Shown here: one piece after another, positions 42,650-51,760 of the stretch
Numbering within the stretch: position 1 is the first letter of the stretch
Layout of the letters: the number at the start of each line of letters is the position of its first letter
Source of the DNA: Patescibacteria group bacterium
GTDB taxonomy: Bacteria; Patescibacteriota; Saccharimonadia; Saccharimonadales; JAZKJC01
DNA length: 64,000 nt
Reading direction: 5' to 3'
NCBI GenBank assembly: GCA_040384565.1
Contig: JAZKJC010000005.1
Coordinates: forward strand, 12,796 to 76,795
Notes under the pieces: model-generated
Seen by the model: the letters and a program-made list of their open reading frames with translations, nothing else
Database searches by the model: none
Told to the model about the DNA's origin: nothing
Translations under genes and position numbers: made by a program

Positions 42650-43831
42650 ATGAAAACAGTGTATGTTGGGATGAGTGGTGGGGTGGATAGCTCTGTGACG
42701 GCGGCTTTGCTTAAAGAGCAGGGGTATACAGTTGTGGGCGTGTATATGAAAAACTGGAGCCAGGACTTGCCGGGCATGCCATGTACATGGAAAGAGGATT
42801 ATCAGGATGCTAAGCGGGTGGCCGTGCAGCTTGGTATTGACTTTAAGGTGTATGATTTTGAAAAGCAGTACCGGCATAAGGTTGTGAACTATATGCTTAA
42901 CGAGTACAAAGCTGGTCGTACCCCAAACCCTGACATAATGTGCAACCAGGAGATCAAATTCAAACTTTTTTTAGAAACCGCTCTCGAGGATGGCGCGGAC
43001 TTGATTGCCACCGGGCACTACGCCCGGATAGGACGAGCAATGAGCCATGAGCAACGAGCAAAGAACGAAAAGGGGGCTGATTCGTTGCTCACTGCTCACT
43101 GCTCACTGCTCACGGCAGCCAACAAAGAGAAAGACCAGACTTATTTTTTGTATAGGGTAACTAAAGAAGCGCTGTCAAAAAGTCTAATGCCTATAGGAGA
43201 ATTTGAGACTAAAAATGAAGTCAGACTGTTGGCTAAAAAAATGGGCCTGGCTACGGCGGATAAAAAAGACAGTCAGGGGATTTGCTTTGTCGGAAAGGTC
43301 GGTATCAAAGATTTCTTGCTGCATGAGCTGGGGCCTCAACCAGCTGGTGCCATTCTGAATCAGAACGGCCAAGAAATTGGCGAACACGACGGAGCGATAT
43401 TTTATACTATTGGTCAGCGACACGGTTTGGATGTTGGGGGCGGTTTGCCGTATTACGTGGTTGGAAAAGATATGTCAAAGAATCAAGTATTCGTCACGAC
43501 TGACTTGCAGGATGAAAAGCTCTGGCAGGACACCTTGAATCTTACGGATGTACACTGGATCAGTGGTGAGCCTTTAGCTCTGAGCAATGAGCAAAGAGCA
43601 ATCCATTCGACAAGCTCAGGACACGTGAGCAATGAGGGACTACAGGTTCGGACTCGTTATAGGGCTCCATTGGTGAGAGCTACGCTACAGGTGGTGACTT
43701 CTAGCGCCAAAAATAGCGAAACCACGCTACAGGTAGTGTTGTCTGATCAAGTCCGTGCCGTAACCCCGGGTCAGTCAGCAGTTATATATGCTGGCGAGCA
43801 GGTACTTGGCGGCGGCATAGTCTTATATTAA
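42650..43831 (+). CDS. mnmA: tRNA-specific 2-thiouridylase
   Basis: PP-loop GMSGGVDSS, plus TGHYAR, KDQTYFL, DSQGICF and TPGQSAV motifs. It contains two heptamer-repeat insertions (see repeats). Confidence 0.9.
   Translation: MKTVYVGMSGGVDSSVTAALLKEQGYTVVGVYMKNWSQDLPGMPCTWKEDYQDAKRVAVQLGIDFKVYDFEKQYRHKVVNYMLNEYKAGRTPNPDIMCNQEIKFKLFLETALEDGADLIATGHYARIGRAMSHEQRAKNEKGADSLLTAHCSLLTAANKEKDQTYFLYRVTKEALSKSLMPIGEFETKNEVRLLAKKMGLATADKKDSQGICFVGKVGIKDFLLHELGPQPAGAILNQNGQEIGEHDGAIFYTIGQRHGLDVGGGLPYYVVGKDMSKNQVFVTTDLQDEKLWQDTLNLTDVHWISGEPLALSNEQRAIHSTSSGHVSNEGLQVRTRYRAPLVRATLQVVTSSAKNSETTLQVVLSDQVRAVTPGQSAVIYAGEQVLGGGIVLY
43035..43113 (+). repeat. Family-C heptamer palindrome, copy C1, in-frame inside mnmA
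   Basis: Arm gagcaat gagccat gagcaac gagcaaa gaacgaa, loop aagggggctga, arm ttcgtt gctcact gctcact gctcact gctcac. It is translated as RAMSHEQRAKNEKGADSLLTAHCSLLTA. Confidence 0.75.
43582..43636 (+). repeat. Family-C heptamer array, copy C2 (direct units only), in-frame inside mnmA
   Basis: gagcaat gagcaaa gagcaat at 43582-43602, and gagcaatgag again at 43627-43636. It is translated as SNEQRAI...VSNEG. Confidence 0.6.
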
Positions 43832-43840
43832 GATTACGGT

Positions 43841-45016
43841 ATGGGAAAACGAGATTGGATTGTCACTGCATTTATAGTTCTGGTAGGGCTAGGACTGGCT
43901 GGTTTTCTTCAGAATAGCTTAAAAAGTGGTCTTAAGCCGGCAAATATAAGCACTTCTACCCTTTCCACTGGTGCTCAAGCAGTTGAACCAAAACTTACCT
44001 CCGAAACATTACTTAGCGGATTGTCTAACGTTTGGGACATAGGCTTTTTGTCGGATGGCACGGCCTTGTTTACAGAACGATCCGGCACTATCAGTAAAAT
44101 CGACAATAATAAAAAAGTCGTTGTTTATACAGTAAACGATGTAGTAGCCAAAGGCGAGGGCGGGCTGATGGGTTTGGTGGTAGATCCGGATTTTACAACC
44201 AACCGTTTTGTCTACGCCTGCTACAACACCGCTAACGATATTCGGGTATCACGCTGGAAAGTTGATGCAACCGCCACGGCGCTAACTGATCAGATCAATA
44301 TTATTACTGGCATGCCGGTCAATAAAACAACCTTTCCGGGGCGACACTCTGGTTGCAGGCCACGCTTTGGCGCGGACAATAAGCTTTGGGTTGGTACTGG
44401 CGACGTTGCTATTGGCACCAATCCGCAGGATCCTAAAAGCTTAGCCGGAAAGATTTTGCGAGTTGACCGCGACGGCAAGGCTGCAGAGGGAAATCTGAGC
44501 GCTCCGTTTGACGCGCGTATTTATAGCTACGGTCACCGTAATGTACAGGGTTTGGCATTACTGAATGAGCCCAAAAATGGTGTATTTGGTTACAGCGTCG
44601 AACATGGATCTGCCAGAGATGACGAAATAAATCCCATGAAATCCGGCAATTTTGGCCGTGACCCAATACCAGGCTACAACGATAACGCCCCTATGACAGA
44701 CAAGACAAAGTTTCCGCAGGCAATTGAGGCAGTCTGGTCATCAGGCGAACCAACCATCGCTCCGTCCGGCGCCACAATTATCACGGGCAACAAGTGGGGA
44801 ACATACGAGGGCAGTCTAGTCGTAGCAGTACTCAAAGCCAAGCATCTAAGGCTTTTTACCTTTGACCAATCAGGCAAAATAACGGCAGAAAAGGAACTAT
44901 TCAAAGAAGAATTTGGTCGCATCCGTAGCGCCGTCATGGGTCCAAATAACGACCTATACCTTACAACCGACAACGGTAACAGCTCAGACAAAATAACCAG
45001 AGTTACAGTTAAATAG
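43841..45016 (+). CDS. PQQ-dependent (soluble aldose) sugar dehydrogenase-like beta-propeller protein
   Basis: N-terminal TM/signal. GLMGLVVDPDF, HSGCRPRFGADNKLWVGTGD and YGHRNVQG motifs. Confidence 0.75.
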   Translation: MGKRDWIVTAFIVLVGLGLAGFLQNSLKSGLKPANISTSTLSTGAQAVEPKLTSETLLSGLSNVWDIGFLSDGTALFTERSGTISKIDNNKKVVVYTVNDVVAKGEGGLMGLVVDPDFTTNRFVYACYNTANDIRVSRWKVDATATALTDQINIITGMPVNKTTFPGRHSGCRPRFGADNKLWVGTGDVAIGTNPQDPKSLAGKILRVDRDGKAAEGNLSAPFDARIYSYGHRNVQGLALLNEPKNGVFGYSVEHGSARDDEINPMKSGNFGRDPIPGYNDNAPMTDKTKFPQAIEAVWSSGEPTIAPSGATIITGNKWGTYEGSLVVAVLKAKHLRLFTFDQSGKITAEKELFKEEFGRIRSAVMGPNNDLYLTTDNGNSSDKITRVTVK

Positions 45017-45034
45017 ATTGACATCGGCAGGGCT

Positions 45035-45880
45035 TTATTTCATAAGTAACAAACCGGCAAGTGCTACCACGCTCCCAAAAATTTTGCGGGGCAGATCATC
45101 CCGCTCATTAAGGAGTAGCGCTGCAGCTACAAAAATTACCACCACCTTAAAGGTAGTTACCGCAGATACAACGCTCAGGTTTCCAATCACCAATAACAAA
45201 AGCACCCAGGACAATGCCTGTAGAAATTTTAGTGCGCCGGTAATCACTGATTCGCGTACGGTGTACGTGGTGTGGCTTTTAAAGATTAGTGCAGCAACTC
45301 CCAGGCTTATGGCCTGAGCCCACCAGCTAATAAGCGTACCTGCCGCAAATCCGGTTGTTTTCATCAGTGCTCGTTCGGCGCTCAAAGCAACGCCAAGCAA
45401 AACGCCACTAAAAAGCATCATCCAAAAGTACTTGTCGAACCTAAAGCGCCCTAAACGATGCTTCTTAGATATCAAAAGTATGGAAATAAATAACAGCAAT
45501 GCTCCAATAATCTGTAAGGGGCGTAATCCCTCGTGAAGAAAGATGGTAGCAATAATTATGGTTACAGGAGTATAAACGTTCATAAGCAGCGTGGTTAAAC
45601 CCGCGTCTACATGCTTTTGAGCACTGTAGCTAAAAACAAAAAAGCCTGCTCCACAAAAGCCGGCAACAAAGGCTAAGGCAATCAACCGGGCAACACTGCC
45701 AGTAATAGCGAAAGGAAAAAAGAATAATAACCCCAAGCCAAAAATGGCCACGATTGCCATTGTTTGGAAAGCAAAAGCAATCTGCCCGCCACCGTCTCGT
45801 TTCGTAGCGAGCCAGCGCCGTTGCAGCGGCGAAGCACTTGCTGCCACAAAATAAAACAGATAAGCCAATAAAATAATCAC
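45035..45880 (-). CDS. EamA/DMT-family transporter
   Basis: 281 aa with about 10 hydrophobic helices in two similar halves. Confidence 0.75.
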   Translation of the reverse strand: MIILLAYLFYFVAASASPLQRRWLATKRDGGGQIAFAFQTMAIVAIFGLGLLFFFPFAITGSVARLIALAFVAGFCGAGFFVFSYSAQKHVDAGLTTLLMNVYTPVTIIIATIFLHEGLRPLQIIGALLLFISILLISKKHRLGRFRFDKYFWMMLFSGVLLGVALSAERALMKTTGFAAGTLISWWAQAISLGVAALIFKSHTTYTVRESVITGALKFLQALSWVLLLLVIGNLSVVSAVTTFKVVVIFVAAALLLNERDDLPRKIFGSVVALAGLLLMK

Positions 45881-45936
45881 CGTGCAAGTATATCAGTCTG
45901 TGGCTTGAAGTAGATTTGTTGTAGACTATAACAGAT

Positions 45937-47820
45937 ATGAATGCGCAGGAAATTCGGAAAGCTTATTTAGAATTTTTTAAGAAGCGGGGACATGAAGTCA
46001 TCCCGCGGGCTTTGTTGGTGCCGCAGAATGATCCGACTACGCTGTTTACGGGCTCTGGTATGCAGCCGCTTATACCTTATTTACTGGGCGAAGCACATCC
46101 TATGGGTACACGACTAGTGAACAGTCAAACCTGTTTGCGGGCACAGGATATTGAGGAAGTCGGCGATAACCGGCACACCACCTTTTTTGAAATGCTTGGT
46201 AACTGGTCTTTAGGTGATTACTTTAAAACGGAGGAAATTCCGTGGCTATTTGAGTTTCTAACAGATGTTGTTGGGCTTGATCCAGCTAAACTCTATATAA
46301 CATGTTACATAGGTAACAAAGAATTTGATATTCATAAAGATACGGAAGCGGCTCAGCTTTGGACAGAGCTTTTTAAGCAAAAGGGCATAGAAACCAACCA
46401 GGTAGATATAGGTTCTGAAGTTGATGGTTACAAAAACGGCATGCAGGGTGGCCGGATATTCTTTTATGATGGCAAGAAAAACTGGTGGAGTAGGGCCGGT
46501 GATGAAGTTTCTACGCCCATAGATGATCCGGGGGGTCCGTCCACGGAAGTATTCTATGATTTTGGCATACCCCACGACCCTAGGTGGGGCGAACATTGCC
46601 ACCCTAACTGTGACTGCGGTCGGTTTACGGAGATTGGCAACAGTGTATTCATGACCTATAAACGAACTGAAGGCGGTGTAGAGCCGCTGGCTAAACCAAA
46701 CGTGGATTTTGGCGGTGGTCTGGAGCGTCTGGCTTCAGCCGCAATTAATGACCCTGATATGTTCAAAATCAGCGTTATGTGGCCAATTATCGAAAAGCTG
46801 GAGATAATAAGTGGCAAAAATTACGATAGCCACACCGAAAGCATGCGGGTAATTGCAGATCATTTACGTGCGGCTACGTTCCTGGCAGTTGATGGAATTG
46901 TTCCAAGCAACAAAGAGCAAGGCTACGTCATGCGGCGATTAGTTCGGCGGGCTATCCGGTACGCCTTTGAACTTGGCGTCGAACAAAACTTCCTGGAACA
47001 GATCGTACCGGTTATTGCTGACCTGTATAAAGATGATTTCCCGGAAGTGGCTGCTAAACGCCAAGAAGTGATTGCTATACTGGCAAAAGAAGAAAAAGTT
47101 TTCCGCCAGACACTGCGGGCAGGGGTACGTGAACTAAGTAGATTGAGTAAAGACGGATTGACAGGCCAAGAAGTATTTAAGCTTTATGATACCTACGGAT
47201 TCCCCGTGGAGCTGAGCGTAGAAGAGGCTTTCAAACAAGATATCAAAATTTCACAAAACTGGCGTCAGGAATTTGAGAAACTCATGGCCCAGCAGCGTGA
47301 ACGAAGTCAAACAGCCAGCAAAGGTACATTCAAAGGCGGCCTTGGCGGCCAAACCTTGCAACATAAGAAGTATCACACCGCTACACATCTGATGTACCAG
47401 GCATTAAGAGATGTCCTAGGAGACCATGTTATTCAAAGGGGAAGTAACATTACCGAAGAACGGCTCAGATTTGACTTTAGTCACTCTGAAAAGATGACGC
47501 CAGAGCAGATAGAGCAAGTTGAAAATATTGTCAATGTACAGATCAAAAAGGACCTGAAAGTATCGTTTATGGAATACCCCACCAAGGTTGCGGTTGAAGA
47601 AAAAGGCGCATTAGGCCAGTTTGGCGACCGTTACGGTGACACGGTAAAAGTCTACAAAATGATTGCCGACGGCGCAGACAAGCCATTCAGCTTTGAAATC
47701 TGCGGTGGCCCCCACGTTGACCACACGGCCCAACTGGCAGAAGACGGTAAAAAATTTAAAATTATCAAAGAAGAATCCTCATCCGCCGGCATCCGCCGCA
47801 TCAAAGCTATCTTGTTATGA
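45937..47820 (+). CDS. alaS: alanyl-tRNA synthetase, short form ending after the editing domain
   Basis: Class II core motifs, then the editing-site HTATHLM (HxxxH) and CGGPHV. It ends ...SAGIRRIKAILL with no C-Ala domain. Confidence 0.9.
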   Translation: MNAQEIRKAYLEFFKKRGHEVIPRALLVPQNDPTTLFTGSGMQPLIPYLLGEAHPMGTRLVNSQTCLRAQDIEEVGDNRHTTFFEMLGNWSLGDYFKTEEIPWLFEFLTDVVGLDPAKLYITCYIGNKEFDIHKDTEAAQLWTELFKQKGIETNQVDIGSEVDGYKNGMQGGRIFFYDGKKNWWSRAGDEVSTPIDDPGGPSTEVFYDFGIPHDPRWGEHCHPNCDCGRFTEIGNSVFMTYKRTEGGVEPLAKPNVDFGGGLERLASAAINDPDMFKISVMWPIIEKLEIISGKNYDSHTESMRVIADHLRAATFLAVDGIVPSNKEQGYVMRRLVRRAIRYAFELGVEQNFLEQIVPVIADLYKDDFPEVAAKRQEVIAILAKEEKVFRQTLRAGVRELSRLSKDGLTGQEVFKLYDTYGFPVELSVEEAFKQDIKISQNWRQEFEKLMAQQRERSQTASKGTFKGGLGGQTLQHKKYHTATHLMYQALRDVLGDHVIQRGSNITEERLRFDFSHSEKMTPEQIEQVENIVNVQIKKDLKVSFMEYPTKVAVEEKGALGQFGDRYGDTVKVYKMIADGADKPFSFEICGGPHVDHTAQLAEDGKKFKIIKEESSSAGIRRIKAILL

Positions 47821-48203
47821 GGCGTCGAGTGCTTGTAGTCTTTATTGTGCTAACAGGTTTGATTTTTTTAATATGGCCCCGTCCCTTGCACCATGTTATC
47901 AATCATCTAACCTGTCCATCATACACATGTGATAACCGAAAAACTGTAACATTTTGGAAAATAGGAGGGGGTTTTGATGTAATTTGTACGCTTGTACGAT
48001 CCGATAATCCATTCGCAAAAAGGTATAGATTTGATTTAAGTTACTTCGAGCCTTGCGTAGAACTGAGACCCTACAGTGTGAGCGTTAATGACTACTATTT
48101 TGATGCTGAGTTTAATGTACTGATTCCTACAATAGGCTCATTGATTTTAGCTGGAGGTTTGACATTTGGGTATCTAAGGTTATCCAAACGAAAAACATCC
48201 TGA
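47817..48203 (+). CDS. hypothetical membrane protein
   Basis: 128 aa with N- and C-terminal hydrophobic helices. Its start has a 4-nt overlap with alaS. Confidence 0.4.
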   Translation: MRRRVLVVFIVLTGLIFLIWPRPLHHVINHLTCPSYTCDNRKTVTFWKIGGGFDVICTLVRSDNPFAKRYRFDLSYFEPCVELRPYSVSVNDYYFDAEFNVLIPTIGSLILAGGLTFGYLRLSKRKTS

Positions 48204-48220
48204 TTCTCCACCTCTGTTTA

Positions 48221-48229
48221 TGCTATACT
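48221..48229 (+). promoter_or_regulatory. extended -10 box TGcTATACT, 10 nt before the ftsA ATG
   Basis: tgctatact is followed by taataagatt and then ATG 48240. Confidence 0.45.
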
Positions 48230-48239
48230 TAATAAGATT

Positions 48240-49550
48240 ATGCTTGATAAGATAAAGAGAATTCCTGGCTCTGCCGCAGCTTTTGCTAAAAGCAAGAAAA
48301 AGAATAAAAAAGCTGGCTCAACGCAATATATGGTTGCGCTGGATATTGGGACGGAGTTTGTAAAAGCTTTAGTAGCCAAAGTAGAGGGCGACAAGTTATC
48401 AATCATTGGTGTTGGCCGTAAGCGCCAAGGATTAACAGACATGCAAGCAGGTGCTATTTCTGACATTGCTGGTGTGGTAAAAAACTGTGACGCAGCCTTA
48501 AACGAGGCTGAACAGCAGGCTGGTGTAAGTGTCCGGACGGCTATTATAGGCATAGCCGGAGAACTAGTAAAAGGCACAACTACAACGGTGAGAGTACGGC
48601 GCAAAAACCCAAGCAAACAGCTGGATATGGAAGAAACCGAACAGATTATCGGCTTGGTGCAAGAACGGGCTCAGATTAAAGCCAAACAACAACTTGCCTG
48701 GGAGCTGGGCGGTAAGGATGTTGAGATACGGCTTGTTAACAGTGCGCTAGTGCGGATTGACATTGATGGATATCCGGTAACAAACCCGATTGGGTTCCAG
48801 GGTAAAGAAGTCATGGTGCAGCTCTACACCGCCTTTGCTCCGCTAATTCACATCGGCGCTCTGGAACGCACGGCTCAAGAACTGGATATGGATCTCATCG
48901 CCGTAGCGGCTGAGCCTTTCGCAGTGGCCCGCTCGGTCATTGGTAACGAACAAGACGCTAGTATGAACGCAGTGCTGATGGACGTGGGCGGTGGAACTAC
49001 CGATATAGCCGTATTACAGGACGGTGGTGTCCAAGGAACTAAGATGTTTGGTATTGGCGGGCGGGCATTTACACGTGCAATCGAGCGTGAAATGAGTGTT
49101 CCATTTAAACAAGCCGAAGATTACAAGCTGGCATACGGTGCGCACCATGTAACCGCTGCCCAAGGCACTGCAATCAAGCACGCGCTAGATAAAACTCTTG
49201 ATGTATGGATAAGCGGTATTGAACTAGCTCTAGGTGAATTTACCATGAATGATCACTTGCCTAATCAGCTTTTACTTTGCGGCGGTGGTTCTTCGCTTGA
49301 TATGCTGATGGAGAAGCTCGAACAAGGCAGTTGGTACCGGGAGCTGCCATTTACCAAACGCCCAATAGTACAGCATATCCAACCAGAAGATGTCGTAGGT
49401 ATTACAGATAAAACCGGGGCGGTAGATGACCACACATTTATTACGGCAATGGGGCTACTAAGAGTAGGATTAGACACTCTGCAAATGCAGACTGGCTCTG
49501 AAACCACGGGCAGCATAAAGCAGCGACTAAACAGGATGTTACAGATATGA
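48240..49550 (+). CDS. ftsA: cell-division protein FtsA (actin-like ATPase)
   Basis: ALDIGTEFVKALV and DVGGGTTDIAV phosphate-binding motifs, with an overall FtsA layout. Confidence 0.8.
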   Translation: MLDKIKRIPGSAAAFAKSKKKNKKAGSTQYMVALDIGTEFVKALVAKVEGDKLSIIGVGRKRQGLTDMQAGAISDIAGVVKNCDAALNEAEQQAGVSVRTAIIGIAGELVKGTTTTVRVRRKNPSKQLDMEETEQIIGLVQERAQIKAKQQLAWELGGKDVEIRLVNSALVRIDIDGYPVTNPIGFQGKEVMVQLYTAFAPLIHIGALERTAQELDMDLIAVAAEPFAVARSVIGNEQDASMNAVLMDVGGGTTDIAVLQDGGVQGTKMFGIGGRAFTRAIEREMSVPFKQAEDYKLAYGAHHVTAAQGTAIKHALDKTLDVWISGIELALGEFTMNDHLPNQLLLCGGGSSLDMLMEKLEQGSWYRELPFTKRPIVQHIQPEDVVGITDKTGAVDDHTFITAMGLLRVGLDTLQMQTGSETTGSIKQRLNRMLQI

Positions 49551-49669
49551 TAACAGCTAAGAGTAATGAGCTAAGAGCAATGAGCAATGAGTTTTTGGTT
49601 GCAGTTGAAGCCAAATCACTGCTCACTGCTCACTGCCCACTGCTCACTTTGTCGGGAGAGAAGCTATGA
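49547..49669 (+). CDS. 40-codon mini-ORF formed by Family-C element C3, ATGA-coupled at both ends
   Basis: MITAKSNELRAMSNEFLVAVEAKSLLTAHCPLLTLSGEKL. Its ATG overlaps the ftsA TGA and its TGA overlaps the next gene's ATG. It uses the same heptamer reading phase as C1 in mnmA. Confidence 0.35.
   Translation: MITAKSNELRAMSNEFLVAVEAKSLLTAHCPLLTLSGEKL
49559..49648 (+). repeat. Family-C heptamer palindrome, copy C3
   Basis: Arm gagtaat gagctaa gagcaat gagcaat gag, loop of about 24 nt, arm tcactgc tcactgc tcactgc ccactgc tcact. Each unit pairs 6 of 7 with one A:C, which would be G:U on the minus strand. Confidence 0.8.
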
Positions 49670-51354
49670 GCGGTACGGCGAAAGATACCATCTATATTGA
49701 TCCAGAAGATGAGATAACAGGCATCATTGAAAAGGTCAGAAGCTCCGAGTCCAAGATTGTGGCTCTGGTACTGCCCAAGCGGGCTACTTCTTTGCAGTCA
49801 ATCGTTAATCTCAAGCTTTTAAAGCGGACAACAAGCGAAGCAAAAAAGAACTTAGTGCTAATTACTTCTGATGCGGCACTCATGCCAATAGCGGGTGCAG
49901 TCGGTTTGCATGTTGCTAAGACGCTTCAAAGCAAGCCAGTAGTACCGGTGGCTCCTAAGCTTAACACCAGCCCGGAAACTATAGATGATGAAACTCCATT
50001 GCTGGATGAAGATGTCCCACTGGATCCTCACGCTTCAATTGGACAATTAGCGGGGCATGTTGCCGCGGAAGAGACTATTGAGTTGGATAATGACACCAAA
50101 GCGGAGGTTGCGGCTGGGGCTGAGGGCTCAAAAGCTGTATCGGGTAAAAAATCATTAAGCAAGAAGTTAAAAGTCCCTAATTTTGATCGTTTTAGGCTGC
50201 TAATATTCGCGGGCGCAGGGCTACTGGTGTTACTTATTGTCGGTAGTATATTTGCGTTCATTATTCTTCCCAAAGCCAAAATAACTATCAAAACCGATAC
50301 ATCAAACGTAAGTACCGACATTGTCATTACCGGTAAGACTGACGCCAAAGAGGTGGATGCCAAGCAGCTAATTCTGCCTGCGACCAACAAAGAGCTAAAA
50401 AAAGTTGAGGTGGAAAAAGTTCCGGCAACAGGGCAACGAGACGAGGGTACAAAAGCCACAGGAACGGTCACGCTCACCAACTGTTATAAAGAAGAAGAAA
50501 GTGTAACCATACCAGCAGGAAGCGTGCTGAGTACTAGCGCCAATGGGACTGCCTACGCGTTTTTAACTAACGAATCCGTAACTATTCCGCAAAGTAACTT
50601 TACTGGCACCGGAGTTTGCAAGAATGATTCATTTAAAAATGTTAATGTAACGGCCCAAGCGGCCGGAGGCCAGTATAATTTGAGCGCTAAACGTACTTTT
50701 AGTATCTCCGTATCTGGTGTAAGCGGTACTGACAGTAGTGCTATGGCCGGCGGCACCAGTAAAATTGTGCAAATAGTCAGTCAGGGCGATGTAGACAATG
50801 CCAAACAAAAAGCCATAGACAGGATGAATAGCGCGGCAACCAACGAATTAAAAACGCAATTTGAGTCTGAAAAATTCCAACCTCTAGCTGAAACCTTTGC
50901 AGCGGGTACCCCGGCGGTTACAAGTATGCCCAACGTTAATGATCCCGCAAGCGAGGTAGCTGTAACCGTAACTATCGTTTATAAAGAATTTGGAGTCAAA
51001 CAAGATGATCTGAAGCAGATAGTTGAGGAAGACATAAAAAAGCAAATTGATACCAGCAAACAAACTATCCAGGATAATGGTTTGCAAAAAGCAGAATTAA
51101 GAGTTACTGACAAAAAGCCCGTAGAAGTAAAGTTTAACTATAAATCCATAGCTGTGGCCGGGCCCCAGCTTGACGGTGAGGGTATCAAAAAACAGATTGC
51201 AGGCAAGAAAAAAGGAGAAACAGTCAGGCTAATACAAGAACGACCAGGTATCAGGGATGTAGAAATAAATTATAGTCCTTTCTGGGTATTCTCTACTCCC
51301 AAAAGCACCAAAAAGATAACCATAACTTTTGACCAAAACAATGTCAAAAACTAA
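49666..51354 (+). CDS. hypothetical bitopic membrane protein
   Basis: 562 aa with a cytoplasmic N-domain, a TM helix (LLIFAGAGLLVLLIVGSIFAFIIL) and a large Thr/Val-rich external domain. Confidence 0.55.
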   Translation: MSGTAKDTIYIDPEDEITGIIEKVRSSESKIVALVLPKRATSLQSIVNLKLLKRTTSEAKKNLVLITSDAALMPIAGAVGLHVAKTLQSKPVVPVAPKLNTSPETIDDETPLLDEDVPLDPHASIGQLAGHVAAEETIELDNDTKAEVAAGAEGSKAVSGKKSLSKKLKVPNFDRFRLLIFAGAGLLVLLIVGSIFAFIILPKAKITIKTDTSNVSTDIVITGKTDAKEVDAKQLILPATNKELKKVEVEKVPATGQRDEGTKATGTVTLTNCYKEEESVTIPAGSVLSTSANGTAYAFLTNESVTIPQSNFTGTGVCKNDSFKNVNVTAQAAGGQYNLSAKRTFSISVSGVSGTDSSAMAGGTSKIVQIVSQGDVDNAKQKAIDRMNSAATNELKTQFESEKFQPLAETFAAGTPAVTSMPNVNDPASEVAVTVTIVYKEFGVKQDDLKQIVEEDIKKQIDTSKQTIQDNGLQKAELRVTDKKPVEVKFNYKSIAVAGPQLDGEGIKKQIAGKKKGETVRLIQERPGIRDVEINYSPFWVFSTPKSTKKITITFDQNNVKN

Positions 51355-51760
51355 CATTTTGGCGCTTGATGTTGGTACCAAAAGGGTTGGAGTAGCTCTA
51401 GCCCGTGCTGCTGTTCGAGTGCCCGTCGCGCTGGAGACCTTGGATCGACAAAGTCCTGACTTCTGGGACCAATTAAAAAAACTTACGACTGAGCACGGTA
51501 TAAGCCAGCTTATAGTTGGTCTGCCCCGTGGACTTAATGGGCAGGAAACAGCCCAAACCAGAGACGTAATTACGTTTGCTGAAAGGCTTAAAAAACAAAT
51601 AGCTCTGCCAATAGTCTGGCAAGACGAAGCACTTACCTCCGTCAAAGCCGAATCTGTATTGAATAACGGGAAACCCTACCAAAAAAGTCAGGTTGACGCT
51701 TTAGCTGCCTGCTTTATACTGGCAGATTACCTGGAGGGAGAGGAAGTCGCATTATTATGA
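51341..51760 (+). CDS. ruvX: Holliday-junction resolvase-like RuvX/YqgF
   Basis: ILALDVGTKRVGVAL and LPRGLNGQET motifs. ATG 51341 is preferred within listed ORF 51329..51760. Confidence 0.8.
   Translation: MSKTNILALDVGTKRVGVALARAAVRVPVALETLDRQSPDFWDQLKKLTTEHGISQLIVGLPRGLNGQETAQTRDVITFAERLKKQIALPIVWQDEALTSVKAESVLNNGKPYQKSQVDALAACFILADYLEGEEVALL

Noticed and set aside
42527-42877. Listed minus-strand ORFs 42527..42877 and 24200..24550, upstream of or antisense to mnmA and the cysteine desulfurase
   Set aside because: They cover the GTAAAC-box modules and the 5' ends of well-supported plus-strand genes. They have no RBS and no protein-like features.
45018-45317. Listed ORF 45018..45317 (+)
   Set aside because: It is antisense to the 3' half of the EamA transporter gene. 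It has no RBS, and its Ser/Thr/Arg-rich translation is typical of a shadow frame.
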